IMG/VR virus record: IMGVR_UViG_3300018073_000026
Coordinates: 1 to 25,761 of that record
Source of the DNA: a virus
Taxonomy: Duplodnaviria > Caudoviricetes
DNA length: 25,761 nt
Reading direction: 5' to 3' (one strand)
Part shown: in pieces, positions 16,118-23,704 of the stretch
Position numbering within the stretch: position 1 is the first letter of the stretch
Layout: every line of letters begins with the position of its first letter
Program-made: the position numbers and the translations under genes
The notes under the pieces: model-generated
Told to the model about the DNA's origin: nothing
The model's input: only the letters and a program-made list of their open reading frames with translations
Databases searched by the model: none

Positions 16118-16891
16118 TCATGCCGTCACAATCACAGCCTTGCCGCCGGCCTCGTCGCCAGCGTTGACCAGCGCAGCGCGCACGGTCCCGACGAACCTGG
16201 ATGCGTCGACCCACGGCGGCGCTCGCAGCCTGAGCCTGCCGTCGGCTTCGCGGCCGAGCAGCTCCAGCGCAGCCAGCTTCTCGGCGTTCGCCGGCAGCAT
16301 GCCGTCGGTCACCTGGGCCAGCGCCGTCGTCCAGAGCTTCACGTCGTCCGTCGTCGGCGGGGTAATCGCCCCCTCCGCGCGCGGAGGGGGTTGGGGGGAG
16401 GTAGCCGTCCGGTTCTGTCCGGTATGGTTAGGTCCGGTTAGGTCCGGTCCGGGCGCGCGCGCGGGCGTGCGTACGCGCGCGGGACGTCCGGCGGACGCGG
16501 CCCGGACGTCCGGCGCCGCGCTCCCATTTGTGTGCCCGGCAGCGGCCGCTTTTCGGGCCTCGCGCTTGCGGTCCGCATCCGCGTTCCGTCGGTCGATCCA
16601 GCGGCCCGCGAACTCCTCCCAATCGTGGATCGTGCGCGTCGAGTCCATGAATCCCGCCGTCTTGAGCGCCGAGACCAAATGGCCCGGGTCGCCGTCCCAG
16701 TCGGCCCAGCGGGCGATCTGGCCGTCCGTGAAGTCGGACAGGTCGCCAGACGGCGCGTACGTCAGCGTGCGCCACCAGACGAAGTGCAGCAGGCCGCAGG
16801 CGTCGCGGCGCGTGATGGCCAGCAGGTCCATCAGGAGGTCCAGCTTCGGGTGGTCTCGCAGGTCGGCGTGGGACTCCAGCCACGGCGGCAT
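16118..16891 (-). CDS. Putative phage replication initiator (replisome organizer-like)
   Basis: WLE...DHPK, GLLHFVW, IHDWEEFAG, DADRKR; central repeat-encoded linker; follows the annealing protein. Confidence 0.7.
   Translation of the reverse strand: MPPWLESHADLRDHPKLDLLMDLLAITRRDACGLLHFVWWRTLTYAPSGDLSDFTDGQIARWADWDGDPGHLVSALKTAGFMDSTRTIHDWEEFAGRWIDRRNADADRKREARKAAAAGHTNGSAAPDVRAASAGRPARVRTPARAPGPDLTGPNHTGQNRTATSPQPPPRAEGAITPPTTDDVKLWTTALAQVTDGMLPANAEKLAALELLGREADGRLRLRAPPWVDASRFVGTVRAALVNAGDEAGGKAVIVTA
16406..16513. repeat. Pentamer tandem array and palindromes; candidate replication origin
   Basis: CGTCC GGTTC TGTCC GGTAT GGTTA GGTCC GGTTA GGTCC GGTCC; two GGACGTCC palindromes. Confidence 0.55.
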
Positions 16892-16893
16892 GG

Positions 16894-17925
16894 CTAGACC
16901 TGCTCCTCGTCGCGGGCATTGGTGATGTCGGCTTCCAGGATGGCGCGGCGTTCGTCCTCGACGAGCGCGCGGACGTGCGCGAGGAGGTCGCCGGCCTGGC
17001 GCTCGGTCGCAGCCTCGAAGAAGGCTTTCAGCGAGTCGGTGCGGAGCCCGGGCGGGAAGCCGGCGGTGTACTGCCTGACGAAGCGATGGCGCTCCTCGTC
17101 GTCATCCATCGACGACAGCTTGACGGCCGCGAACCAGGCGCCCAGCCAGCGACGAACGTCCTCCTCGCTCGCCTTGAACGTCGGCGGCGGACCGTCGGGC
17201 CGTGGCGGCGGCTCCAGGTGCTCGGCACGCGGGCGCAGGTCGGGGGCGTCGTCAAGGTCCGTCGCGGGCGCCGTCCTCGTCTCGAAGCGCGGCCGCCCCG
17301 AGACGGCGGCCTCGTTCGGGTGGTCATTGAGGCGGCGATCCTCCTCGGACGGCCGCTCCAGGATCTCAGCGTTCGACCCGAGGTAGAGGCGGCGGCCAGC
17401 CTCCGGCGGCGACGACAGGCCGATCATGCCCAGGACCAGCCGCCGTTTCGCGATCGTGTGGCACTTCATCAGCGCGTTTTTGTAGAGGTGGTCTGGCAGA
17501 CGCTTGCCGTCGCGGTCGACCAGGCTGACGTAGCCGACCTCATCGTACGTGCGCCCGTTCGGCTGGTGGCCCCTGACGCTCACCTTGTAGAGCGTTCCGA
17601 CCATCTCCTCCTTGAGCGTCTCGACGCGGATCTGATGGTTGAACCCGAGCTGATGGGCGGCCTCCGCCTTCGGGTAGACCTTCGCCACCTTCCGCTTCTG
17701 ACCGTCGTCCCAGAACTCGATCACCTCGACGGCGCCCGTCCCAGGGGTCAGCCCCGTCGTCTTGCAGTACCAGAGGATGTACGCGGCGCGCTGCTCGTCG
17801 GTCATCCTGCTGACGTCGCCGGTCGCCGAGAAGTGCGCCAGCGCCGTCCTGGCCTGCTCGGGGTCGGGCCTGGAGATAGCGCGGTCGTCGTCGAAGTCGG
17901 ATCGAGGAGCGAGATCGGTCGTCAT
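16894..17925 (-). CDS. RecT/Red-beta-like single-strand annealing protein
   Basis: GDVSRMTDEQR...YCKTTGLTP, NALMKCHTIAKRRLVLGMIGL; ATGA overlap gives start 17925. Confidence 0.65.
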   Translation of the reverse strand: MTTDLAPRSDFDDDRAISRPDPEQARTALAHFSATGDVSRMTDEQRAAYILWYCKTTGLTPGTGAVEVIEFWDDGQKRKVAKVYPKAEAAHQLGFNHQIRVETLKEEMVGTLYKVSVRGHQPNGRTYDEVGYVSLVDRDGKRLPDHLYKNALMKCHTIAKRRLVLGMIGLSSPPEAGRRLYLGSNAEILERPSEEDRRLNDHPNEAAVSGRPRFETRTAPATDLDDAPDLRPRAEHLEPPPRPDGPPPTFKASEEDVRRWLGAWFAAVKLSSMDDDEERHRFVRQYTAGFPPGLRTDSLKAFFEAATERQAGDLLAHVRALVEDERRAILEADITNARDEEQV

Positions 17926-18608
17926 AGCGCGGTGTCCTTTCGTCGCCGGCCGGAAGCTCTGCGGCGGCGGTTGTCGCAGCGTCGGCAGAGCCCGTGGGCC
18001 TTGTGCGCCCGCTCGGTCGTGCTGCAGGTGATGCACGCGGCGTACAGGTTGGACCAGCCGACGGTGCGCCGCCGTGGCCCGCCGCGCGGCACCGTGCGCT
18101 GTGGGGCCGCCTGGCCCGCTTCGATCAGCTCCAGGCGATACCCCAGCCCGCAGACCGTCACGACCAGCCCGGCGGCATCGCCCAGCCGCAGGCGCAGTCG
18201 CGCCATGTTCACCCGGAGGGCGTGGCGGGCGTTGCCTGCGTCCTCCTGAGCTGCCCCCCAGCCGAGACCGTCGGCGATCAGCGGCTCCCACGGGACGAAG
18301 GCACCAACCCGCCGAGCTAAGACCACAAGCAAGCGCAGCTCGGCCGGCGTGAGGGCGAGCGGTGCCCCGTCGAGCGTCGTCTCCATGCGGCGGATGTCAA
18401 TCGCGAGCGGCCCCGTCACCACGACGTCAGCGCGGTGACCGAGGATGCCAGCCGTCGCCCAGCCGTACTCCTCGTGCGCCGCCGCATCGTGGAGCAGCAG
18501 CTCGGAGCGTCCGAGGACGCCAGGGAGCAGTGCCTTGATGAGCTCGCACCGCTCGTCGCAGCCGGGGCCTCGAAGCTCGCGCTCGGGCAGCATGTGAGCG
18601 ACCATCAT
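17922..18608 (-). CDS. OmpR/PhoB-type winged-helix protein without receiver domain, with C-terminal Zn finger
   Basis: GPLAID, LTPAELRLLVVLA, LRVNMARLRLRL, TVCGLGYRL; CITC...HKAHGLCRRC. Confidence 0.82.
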   Translation of the reverse strand: MMVAHMLPERELRGPGCDERCELIKALLPGVLGRSELLLHDAAAHEEYGWATAGILGHRADVVVTGPLAIDIRRMETTLDGAPLALTPAELRLLVVLARRVGAFVPWEPLIADGLGWGAAQEDAGNARHALRVNMARLRLRLGDAAGLVVTVCGLGYRLELIEAGQAAPQRTVPRGGPRRRTVGWSNLYAACITCSTTERAHKAHGLCRRCDNRRRRASGRRRKDTAL

Positions 18609-19201
18609 GTACGCTCCCACGGTTCGAGATAGCTGAGGCCGAACAGGTCGAAGACGTGCTGCTCGGTCGGCGTCGGGATGCGCTGGCCCGAGGTCCGCCA
18701 GGTGAGCCAGCCGTCCTGTGGCGCGATGTACACGGGGCGCAGGCCCGGACGGCCGTCCTTCGTGCGCCGGTCCTTCGCCACGACCAACTGGCGGCTGAAC
18801 GCGGCTGGTCCCGTGCGGAGCATGAGGATCCAGCCGAACCGCTTGGCCGACGGGCAGAACAGGTCAACGCGGACGTCTCGGTACGTGAGGTACTTCACGA
18901 GTGGCCCCCAGCGTGGATGGCCGTTGACGTCGAGCCGTTGCTGCACGGTGCCAGAGTCGAGCAGCTCGCTCATGCGCTCGTCGAGCAGGTCTCTCGTCGT
19001 GACCATGTCGTCAAAGAGGCCACTGGTGCCCGGCTCCGTCTTCGGCTCGGCCACGATCTCGATGTCGCCGATCTGCGCCAGCCGCCGGCGCAGACTGCCG
19101 GCGACTTTCAACTGGACCGTGCAGTCCTCGATCTGGGGCACGAACGCCTTCGCGACAGCCACCGCATCTGCGCGGTCCAGACGGTCGGCCGGAGCCGTCA
19201 T
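18605..19201 (-). CDS. Minimal family-X DNA polymerase-like nucleotidyltransferase
   Basis: VAGSLRR, GDIEIV, VRVDLF, RTGP, TEQHVFDLFGLSYLEPWER; 198 aa. Confidence 0.85.
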   Translation of the reverse strand: MTAPADRLDRADAVAVAKAFVPQIEDCTVQLKVAGSLRRRLAQIGDIEIVAEPKTEPGTSGLFDDMVTTRDLLDERMSELLDSGTVQQRLDVNGHPRWGPLVKYLTYRDVRVDLFCPSAKRFGWILMLRTGPAAFSRQLVVAKDRRTKDGRPGLRPVYIAPQDGWLTWRTSGQRIPTPTEQHVFDLFGLSYLEPWERT

Positions 19202-19368
19202 CGGTGCCCCCCGTACCAGGCGAGCGTCACGGTGATGAGCAAGATCCAGTGAACCGCGAAGGCCCAGGCAAATCCCGCTACCCAGGCGCCGGCGGTCTCG
19301 TCCGAGTCCGGCAGAGTCTCGCGGATCGACGCCAGCAGCCCGAGGGCGACGTCATAGAGCAGGCGCAT
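19198..19368 (-). CDS. 56-aa membrane protein
   Basis: Manual translation MRLLYDVALG...AWVAGFAWAFAVHWILLITVTLAWYGGHR; GGAGGT RBS; ATGA overlap with PolX. Confidence 0.7.
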   Translation of the reverse strand: MRLLYDVALGLLASIRETLPDSDETAGAWVAGFAWAFAVHWILLITVTLAWYGGHR

Positions 19369-19371
19369 CGG

Positions 19372-19539
19372 TCACCTCCGCACGAGCTTGATCTGGTCAG
19401 GTCGTCGCTCGGCATTCCGAGCCGCCGAGAGCAGCAGCCGAGCGAGCGCCGCTGCGAGTGCGTCGAGGTCGGCGTCGTCGATCTGCGCCAGGTACGCATC
19501 GGCGCGCTTCTCAGCAGGGCGTGCCGGATCAGCGGGCAT
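19372..19539 (-). CDS. 55-aa hypothetical protein
   Basis: Manual translation MPADPARPAEKRADAYLAQIDDADLDALAAALARLLLSAARN...; GAGGGGG RBS. Confidence 0.65.
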   Translation of the reverse strand: MPADPARPAEKRADAYLAQIDDADLDALAAALARLLLSAARNAERRPDQIKLVRR

Positions 19540-19577
19540 GGCAGAGCCCCCCTCGGGCGGGGCCGGCGGGGCCGGCG

Positions 19578-19802
19578 CTAGCGGACGATCAGGCCCTCGA
19601 GGTCGTTGGCGAGGTCAGGGTCGAGTGCGCTGACCGAGACGCCGAGCTTGGCTGCGATCCGTACCAGCGTGTCCGTCGAGACATCACGTCCGTGGTAGGC
19701 GTCCATCACGGTCGGCTTCGAGAGCCCCGTGCGCCGCACGACTTCGCCCTGCGAGATGCCACGCTCCCGCATGATGCCGGCCAGATACGTCGATCGCGCC
19801 AT
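19578..19802 (-). CDS. Cro-like XRE HTH protein
   Basis: MRERGISQGEVVRRTGLSKPTV...TLVRIAAKLGVSV; first gene of the early operon. Confidence 0.88.
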   Translation of the reverse strand: MARSTYLAGIMRERGISQGEVVRRTGLSKPTVMDAYHGRDVSTDTLVRIAAKLGVSVSALDPDLANDLEGLIVR

Positions 19803-19890
19803 CGTGCCCGTCTCCCGTTCTGCGCTGCGTTCCGCTCTGCACTACCCTCCGGCGTCGTCGGGGTCACACCAGCGACCTGACGGTAAAGTC

Positions 19891-19919
19891 ACGATACTGG
19901 CAACGCCGCTTGTCGTCAA
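19891..19919 (-). promoter_or_regulatory. Early lytic promoter
   Basis: TTGACG-N17-TATCGT. Confidence 0.75.
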
Positions 19920-19928
19920 ACGCATTGA

Positions 19929-19947
19929 TGGTAAACTGGCTTTACCA
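19929..19947. promoter_or_regulatory. Palindromic operator candidate
   Basis: TGGTAAA-CTGGC-TTTACCA; extra GGTAAA half-site at 19882-19887. Confidence 0.65.
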
Positions 19948-19970
19948 CTGATGCGGTCCGGTCCTATCGT
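19941..19970 (+). promoter_or_regulatory. Putative repressor promoter
   Basis: TTTACC-N18-TATCGT overlapping the operator. Confidence 0.45.
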
Positions 19971-20006
19971 GTGCGATGCACAACGCGGCCACGAATGGGC
20001 AGAGAC

Positions 20007-20432
20007 ATGGCAGACGAACAGGAGACGCCGCTCGCAGCGACGCTGGCTGCGATCCTGCGATCTGAGGGCGTGAGCATCACGCATGTTACGCGGCATAGCG
20101 GTCTCGCGCATAACGTCGTCGCGTACATCCTGTCGGGCCAGACGCGCCGGCCGAAGCACCGCACCCTGGCGTTGATCGCCGGGGCCGTTGCGACGGACGA
20201 CTACACGAGAGAGCGGGACCCGGAGAAGATGCGCGTGATCGAGCGGCAGCTCGCGTTCGGCGCCGGCTATGCCGATCCGGACGCTCGCGAGGCGCGGTCG
20301 TGGCTGGAGCTGTGCCTGTACTACGTGCTCGCCAGCCGTGAGGGCGCGCGAGCCTGGGGCGAGGTCGTCGCGGCGCTACGGGAGCTGCCGCCCGAGCGAG
20401 TGCGGGCGTTGCCCGGGCTCGTGGACCGCTAG
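20007..20432 (+). CDS. CI-like HTH repressor
   Basis: GVSITHVTRHSGLAHNVVAYILSGQTRRPK HTH; divergent from cro; no S24 peptidase domain seen. Confidence 0.7.
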   Translation: MADEQETPLAATLAAILRSEGVSITHVTRHSGLAHNVVAYILSGQTRRPKHRTLALIAGAVATDDYTRERDPEKMRVIERQLAFGAGYADPDAREARSWLELCLYYVLASREGARAWGEVVAALRELPPERVRALPGLVDR

Positions 20433-20524
20433 CCTGGATGGGCTATGAGATAGTCCCCGTGGGGTGTTCGGGCGGAGCTGCCGGGCGCCCAAAGTCGTCG
20501 AAATGAGATGCGGTCCTGGGCGTG

Positions 20525-22219
20525 TCAGGCGGAGATGCGGACGGTCTTGATGGTAGCAGTTGACAACCTGGTTCTACCGGAGTGGTCGATACTAACCAAA
20601 TTCGCCGACCCGGACAACTCGGCCGCCGCCCAGAACGCCAGCCGCCCGGTCGCCGTCCACGACGGCCGTACCTCATACGCACCGCGCCCGAGCTTGACCG
20701 GCTCGACCGACTCCAGCAACAGCCCGAGCGTCTCACGCACGGCTGCGGGCGTCCCGTCGGCGAACGTCGTCGACCAGTCAGCCATGCCCCGAAGCACCGT
20801 CTCCAGGCCGAGCGTCTCGGTCCGGCGCTCCTGCCCACGGAGACGGCCGATCTCAGCATCGAGCGCCGCCAGCTCGTCACCGAGCTCGGCTCGTGTGATA
20901 TCGTACGCCTCACGGTCAAGCACTCCGTCGATCAGGAGCTTCGACGCGCCAGCGATCCGCTTCTGGGCCTTCTCCCGTGCGGCCATGAGCCCAGGCAATC
21001 GGGCCCGCCCGTCACCAGCGGCCTCGGCCCGCTGCCGCTTCTCGACCGCGTGCTCGATCGCCGCGCGCGTCCGGGGGCGGCTGACCGCTTCCAGGACCTC
21101 GCGGACGGTCGAGAGCACGCGGTCCTCCAGGACCTCGGCCTTGATCGTCGCCAGGCAGCGCGTCGGCTGCGCGGCGCCGAGCGTCATGCCAGCGTGGCAG
21201 ATGTACTCGCGGCGCGGCGTCCTGGTCCCACCCTGCGTGCCCTTGAGACGTCCCGACATACGCGAGCCGCAGCGGTAGCAGCGGAGCAGCCCCGTCAGCG
21301 GATAGTCGCCCGACGCCTGGCGCGGCATCTTGGCCGCCATACGCTTCGACCCGACGGCGGCGATCCACACCGCGTCGTCGATCAGCGCCGGCTCCTTGCC
21401 GCACGGCTGATCGAGCACAGCACACGGGTCGTCATCGTCATACTCGCCGAGGCGGCCAACGTAGACGGGCGAGCGGAACAGCTTCCGTACGGCGTTGAAT
21501 CCGAGGTTACGCCCGCCGCGCACCGAGTCTGGCAGGCGTGCGATCCAGCCCGCGATAGACCGGACCGACTCGCCCGAGGCCAGCCGCTCCCACGCTTCGC
21601 GAACGTACGGGGCGGCGTCGTCGTCGAGCACCAGAACCGACTTCGGCGAGCCCTGCCCGCGCTCCGCGTCGGTCGCCTCACGCCGGCAGTAGCCCCAGGC
21701 GGCCGACCCAGGCTTGTGCCAGCCCTTGCTCGTGAGCCCGACGTTGATCTCGCGGAGCCTGACGCCGAGCTGGCGCGACTCCTCTTGCGCGACCGCCGCC
21801 AGGATGTTGTAGACGAACTCGGGGACGACGCCGCCATCACGCACGCTATGGATCGGCACGCCGAGCGCCTTGAGCTCCTCGTACGCTCGGACGCGCTCGG
21901 CGACGTTCCGTCCGAGACGGTCAAACGCTGGCACGGTGAGGACCTGCGGCGTGCCGGCGGCGGCGAGCCCACGGATGGTCAGGAGCATGCGCTGATAGTC
22001 GTTGCGCCCATCCTTGCGCCCGCTCTCGATGTCCTCGAAGTGCTCGCCGATGATCGTCCGTGGCAGCCGGCCGATGTACTCCAGGCACCGCTCCGGCTGC
22101 TGCGCGAGCGACAAGCCCTCGTCGGCCTGCTTATCGCCGGAGACCCGGGTGTAGAAGTGTGAGGTCGTCAACTCGTCGAGCGGGACTAGCCCCGCGCGCC
22201 GTCGCGGTACACTGGTCAT
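20525..22219 (-). CDS. Large serine recombinase (integrase)
   Basis: YTRVS catalytic motif, DIESG, FDRLGRN, AQEES, WGY, SPVYVG, LLRCYRCGSRM...YIC Zn ribbon, coiled coil. Confidence 0.95.
   Translation of the reverse strand: MTSVPRRRAGLVPLDELTTSHFYTRVSGDKQADEGLSLAQQPERCLEYIGRLPRTIIGEHFEDIESGRKDGRNDYQRMLLTIRGLAAAGTPQVLTVPAFDRLGRNVAERVRAYEELKALGVPIHSVRDGGVVPEFVYNILAAVAQEESRQLGVRLREINVGLTSKGWHKPGSAAWGYCRREATDAERGQGSPKSVLVLDDDAAPYVREAWERLASGESVRSIAGWIARLPDSVRGGRNLGFNAVRKLFRSPVYVGRLGEYDDDDPCAVLDQPCGKEPALIDDAVWIAAVGSKRMAAKMPRQASGDYPLTGLLRCYRCGSRMSGRLKGTQGGTRTPRREYICHAGMTLGAAQPTRCLATIKAEVLEDRVLSTVREVLEAVSRPRTRAAIEHAVEKRQRAEAAGDGRARLPGLMAAREKAQKRIAGASKLLIDGVLDREAYDITRAELGDELAALDAEIGRLRGQERRTETLGLETVLRGMADWSTTFADGTPAAVRETLGLLLESVEPVKLGRGAYEVRPSWTATGRLAFWAAAELSGSANLVSIDHSGRTRLSTATIKTVRISA
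20551..20598. other. Candidate attP within integrase 3' end
   Basis: 48-bp imperfect inverted repeat, TGGT...ACCA ends, 12/23 symmetric positions around a central CT; AT-richer than flanks. Confidence 0.4.
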
Positions 22220-22243
22220 GTAGACCCCCCAATGGTCTGCCAC

Positions 22244-22291
22244 GCCCCCGGCAGTTCTCCGCTGCGCGGGGGCATTTCTGTGGCTATTCTA
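22244..22291 (-). promoter_or_regulatory. -10 plus leader hairpin cassette of integrase (copy D)
   Basis: TAGAAT 22286-22291; hairpin GCCCCCG-C-GCAG-CGGAGAA-CTGC-CGGGGGC. Confidence 0.55.
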
Positions 22292-22616
22292 CGCTGTCGT
22301 CGTGGGTCTGATCCTCGGCGATCTGGCGCCGCGCTTCGGCCCTGGCCGCGCGCTCGATGATCGCGCGCTCCTGCCGCATCGCCATGAGGACCTGAGCGGC
22401 TCGCTGCGGGCTCATGCCGGCGCGGTCGAGCACCCGCATGAGCGTCTCGTCGCCCTCGGCCGCCGTAGCAGCCTCGACCATGAACGCCGCCATCTCGCGG
22501 GCCTTCGCTGGCGGGACGAGGAGCTGCTCGTCGCCGAGCGTGATCTCGACCAGCCCTTTCCGCGAATTCGCGCCATAGATGGACTTCACGCCGAAGTCCA
22601 GATCGTCGACGGTCAT
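22284..22616 (-). CDS. Hypothetical protein, 110 aa
   Basis: ATGA overlap, GGAGG RBS; MTVDDLDFGVKSIYGANSRKGLVEI... Confidence 0.75.
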   Translation of the reverse strand: MTVDDLDFGVKSIYGANSRKGLVEITLGDEQLLVPPAKAREMAAFMVEAATAAEGDETLMRVLDRAGMSPQRAAQVLMAMRQERAIIERAARAEARRQIAEDQTHDDSVE

Positions 22617-22963
22617 GATGCCTCCGTTGCCGTGGCCGCCTCGGCCGCCATGCGCTCGAATCGCGCCGCGCCCTCGTCGTCCCCACGCGCTCGGGCTCGC
22701 TCGGCCTGGTCGAGCATGTTGGCGACCAGCACGGCCCGTCGTTCGTCGATGGGGACGAGCGTCGGAGCGGGAGCCGCATCGCCGCGCAGCTCGGCCGGCG
22801 AGACGCTGAGCGCCTTCGCCAGCTTGCGGACGGTCGTCGGGTACACGTCGAGCCCTTTCTCGGCGCGGACGATCGTCGTCGCGGTCACACCAGATCGCTC
22901 GGTCAGATCGCGCATGCTGAGCGCCTGGCGCTGGCGAATGTCTTTCAGTCGGTTCAAGATCAT
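22613..22963 (-). CDS. XRE-family HTH regulator
   Basis: LKDIRQRQALSMRDLTERSGVTATTIVRAEKG...TVRKLAKALSVSP; AGGGAG RBS. Confidence 0.88.
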   Translation of the reverse strand: MILNRLKDIRQRQALSMRDLTERSGVTATTIVRAEKGLDVYPTTVRKLAKALSVSPAELRGDAAPAPTLVPIDERRAVLVANMLDQAERARARGDDEGAARFERMAAEAATATEAS

Positions 22964-22966
22964 AGC

Positions 22967-23007
22967 TGCTCCCTACTTGGAGCAAACTATAACAGATATG
23001 CTATAAT
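22967..23007. promoter_or_regulatory. Back-to-back extended -10 promoters and palindrome
   Basis: TGCTATAAT (+, 22999-23007); TGTTATAGT (-, 22986-22994); TGCTCC-N6-GGAGCA 22967-22984. Confidence 0.7.
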
Positions 23008-23022
23008 CCTAGCATGAAGCGA

Positions 23023-23051
23023 CCCGCCCGGTGTTCGCCGCACCGAGCGGG
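23023..23051 (+). promoter_or_regulatory. Leader hairpin (copy A)
   Basis: CCCGC-C-CGGTG-TTCGCCG-CACCG-A-GCGGG. Confidence 0.55.
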
Positions 23052-23077
23052 CCAGGATCACAAGGGAGATACCCCTC

Positions 23078-23233
23078 ATGACCCGACCTATCGTAGCACC
23101 CGACCCGATCGCGTACCGCGACATCCACCTGGCATCGTGCCGCTACCGTAAGCAGGGCCTCGTCTGCGGCACCTGCTCGGAGCTTGCCGAGCGGGCCCAG
23201 CGCGTCGCCGTCCAGCTCGCGGAGGTGGCGTGA
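23078..23233 (+). CDS. 51-aa Cys/His protein
   Basis: Manual translation MTRPIVAPDPIAYRDIHLASCRYRKQGLVCGTCSELAERAQRVAVQLAEVA; AAGGGAG RBS; TGATG overlap. Confidence 0.7.
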   Translation: MTRPIVAPDPIAYRDIHLASCRYRKQGLVCGTCSELAERAQRVAVQLAEVA

Positions 23234-23655
23234 TGGCCGCCAACTACGAGGAGCATGTCTCGGGCGTCGTCCGCTCGGTTAACGACAAGGGGCTGAAGCT
23301 GGAAGGCCACGATGCGTGGCTGAACGTGAGCAAGTACGCGGTCGGCGTCGTGCTCCCGGAGCGCGGCGAGACCGTGACCTGCACGCTCGACAAGGCGGGT
23401 TTCCTGCGGTCGGTTGCCCCGGCTGACGGCGCTGCCCTCTCGCCCGTGCGCGGTGGCTCTGATGCGCCCAGCTCACCGAGCACGAAGGATCGCACGATCA
23501 CCCGCCTCGCTATCCTCAAGGCGGCGGCCGAGTTTGGCGCCGCCCGGCCCTCGCTCAAGAGCGGCGACGTGCTTGCCATCGCTGCATCGTGGGAGCGCTG
23601 GGTCCATCGCGAGGACGGCGTCGAGGCCACGTACGAGCTGACGGACGCCTTCTGA
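23233..23655 (+). CDS. Putative ssDNA-binding protein (OB-like N-terminus)
   Basis: Beta-rich N-terminus, flexible linker, KDRTITRLAILKAAAE...WERWV helix, acidic-aromatic tail ELTDAF; GGAGG RBS. Confidence 0.5.
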   Translation: MAANYEEHVSGVVRSVNDKGLKLEGHDAWLNVSKYAVGVVLPERGETVTCTLDKAGFLRSVAPADGAALSPVRGGSDAPSSPSTKDRTITRLAILKAAAEFGAARPSLKSGDVLAIAASWERWVHREDGVEATYELTDAF

Positions 23656-23704
23656 CTCGGAGCGTGGCCGACCTAAACCGCAATAGATTACTCAGGAGAG
23701 AACG

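Noticed and set aside
16406-16450. Possible CRISPR-like or VNTR array
   Set aside because: 5-bp units without spacers; no CRISPR array or cas gene seen in the window
16975-18249. 424-aa plus-strand ORF
   Set aside because: Antisense to the RecT-like and winged-helix genes; no RBS or domain
20582-22162. 526-aa plus-strand ORF
   Set aside because: Antisense shadow of the serine integrase; Arg/Pro-rich with no recognisable motifs
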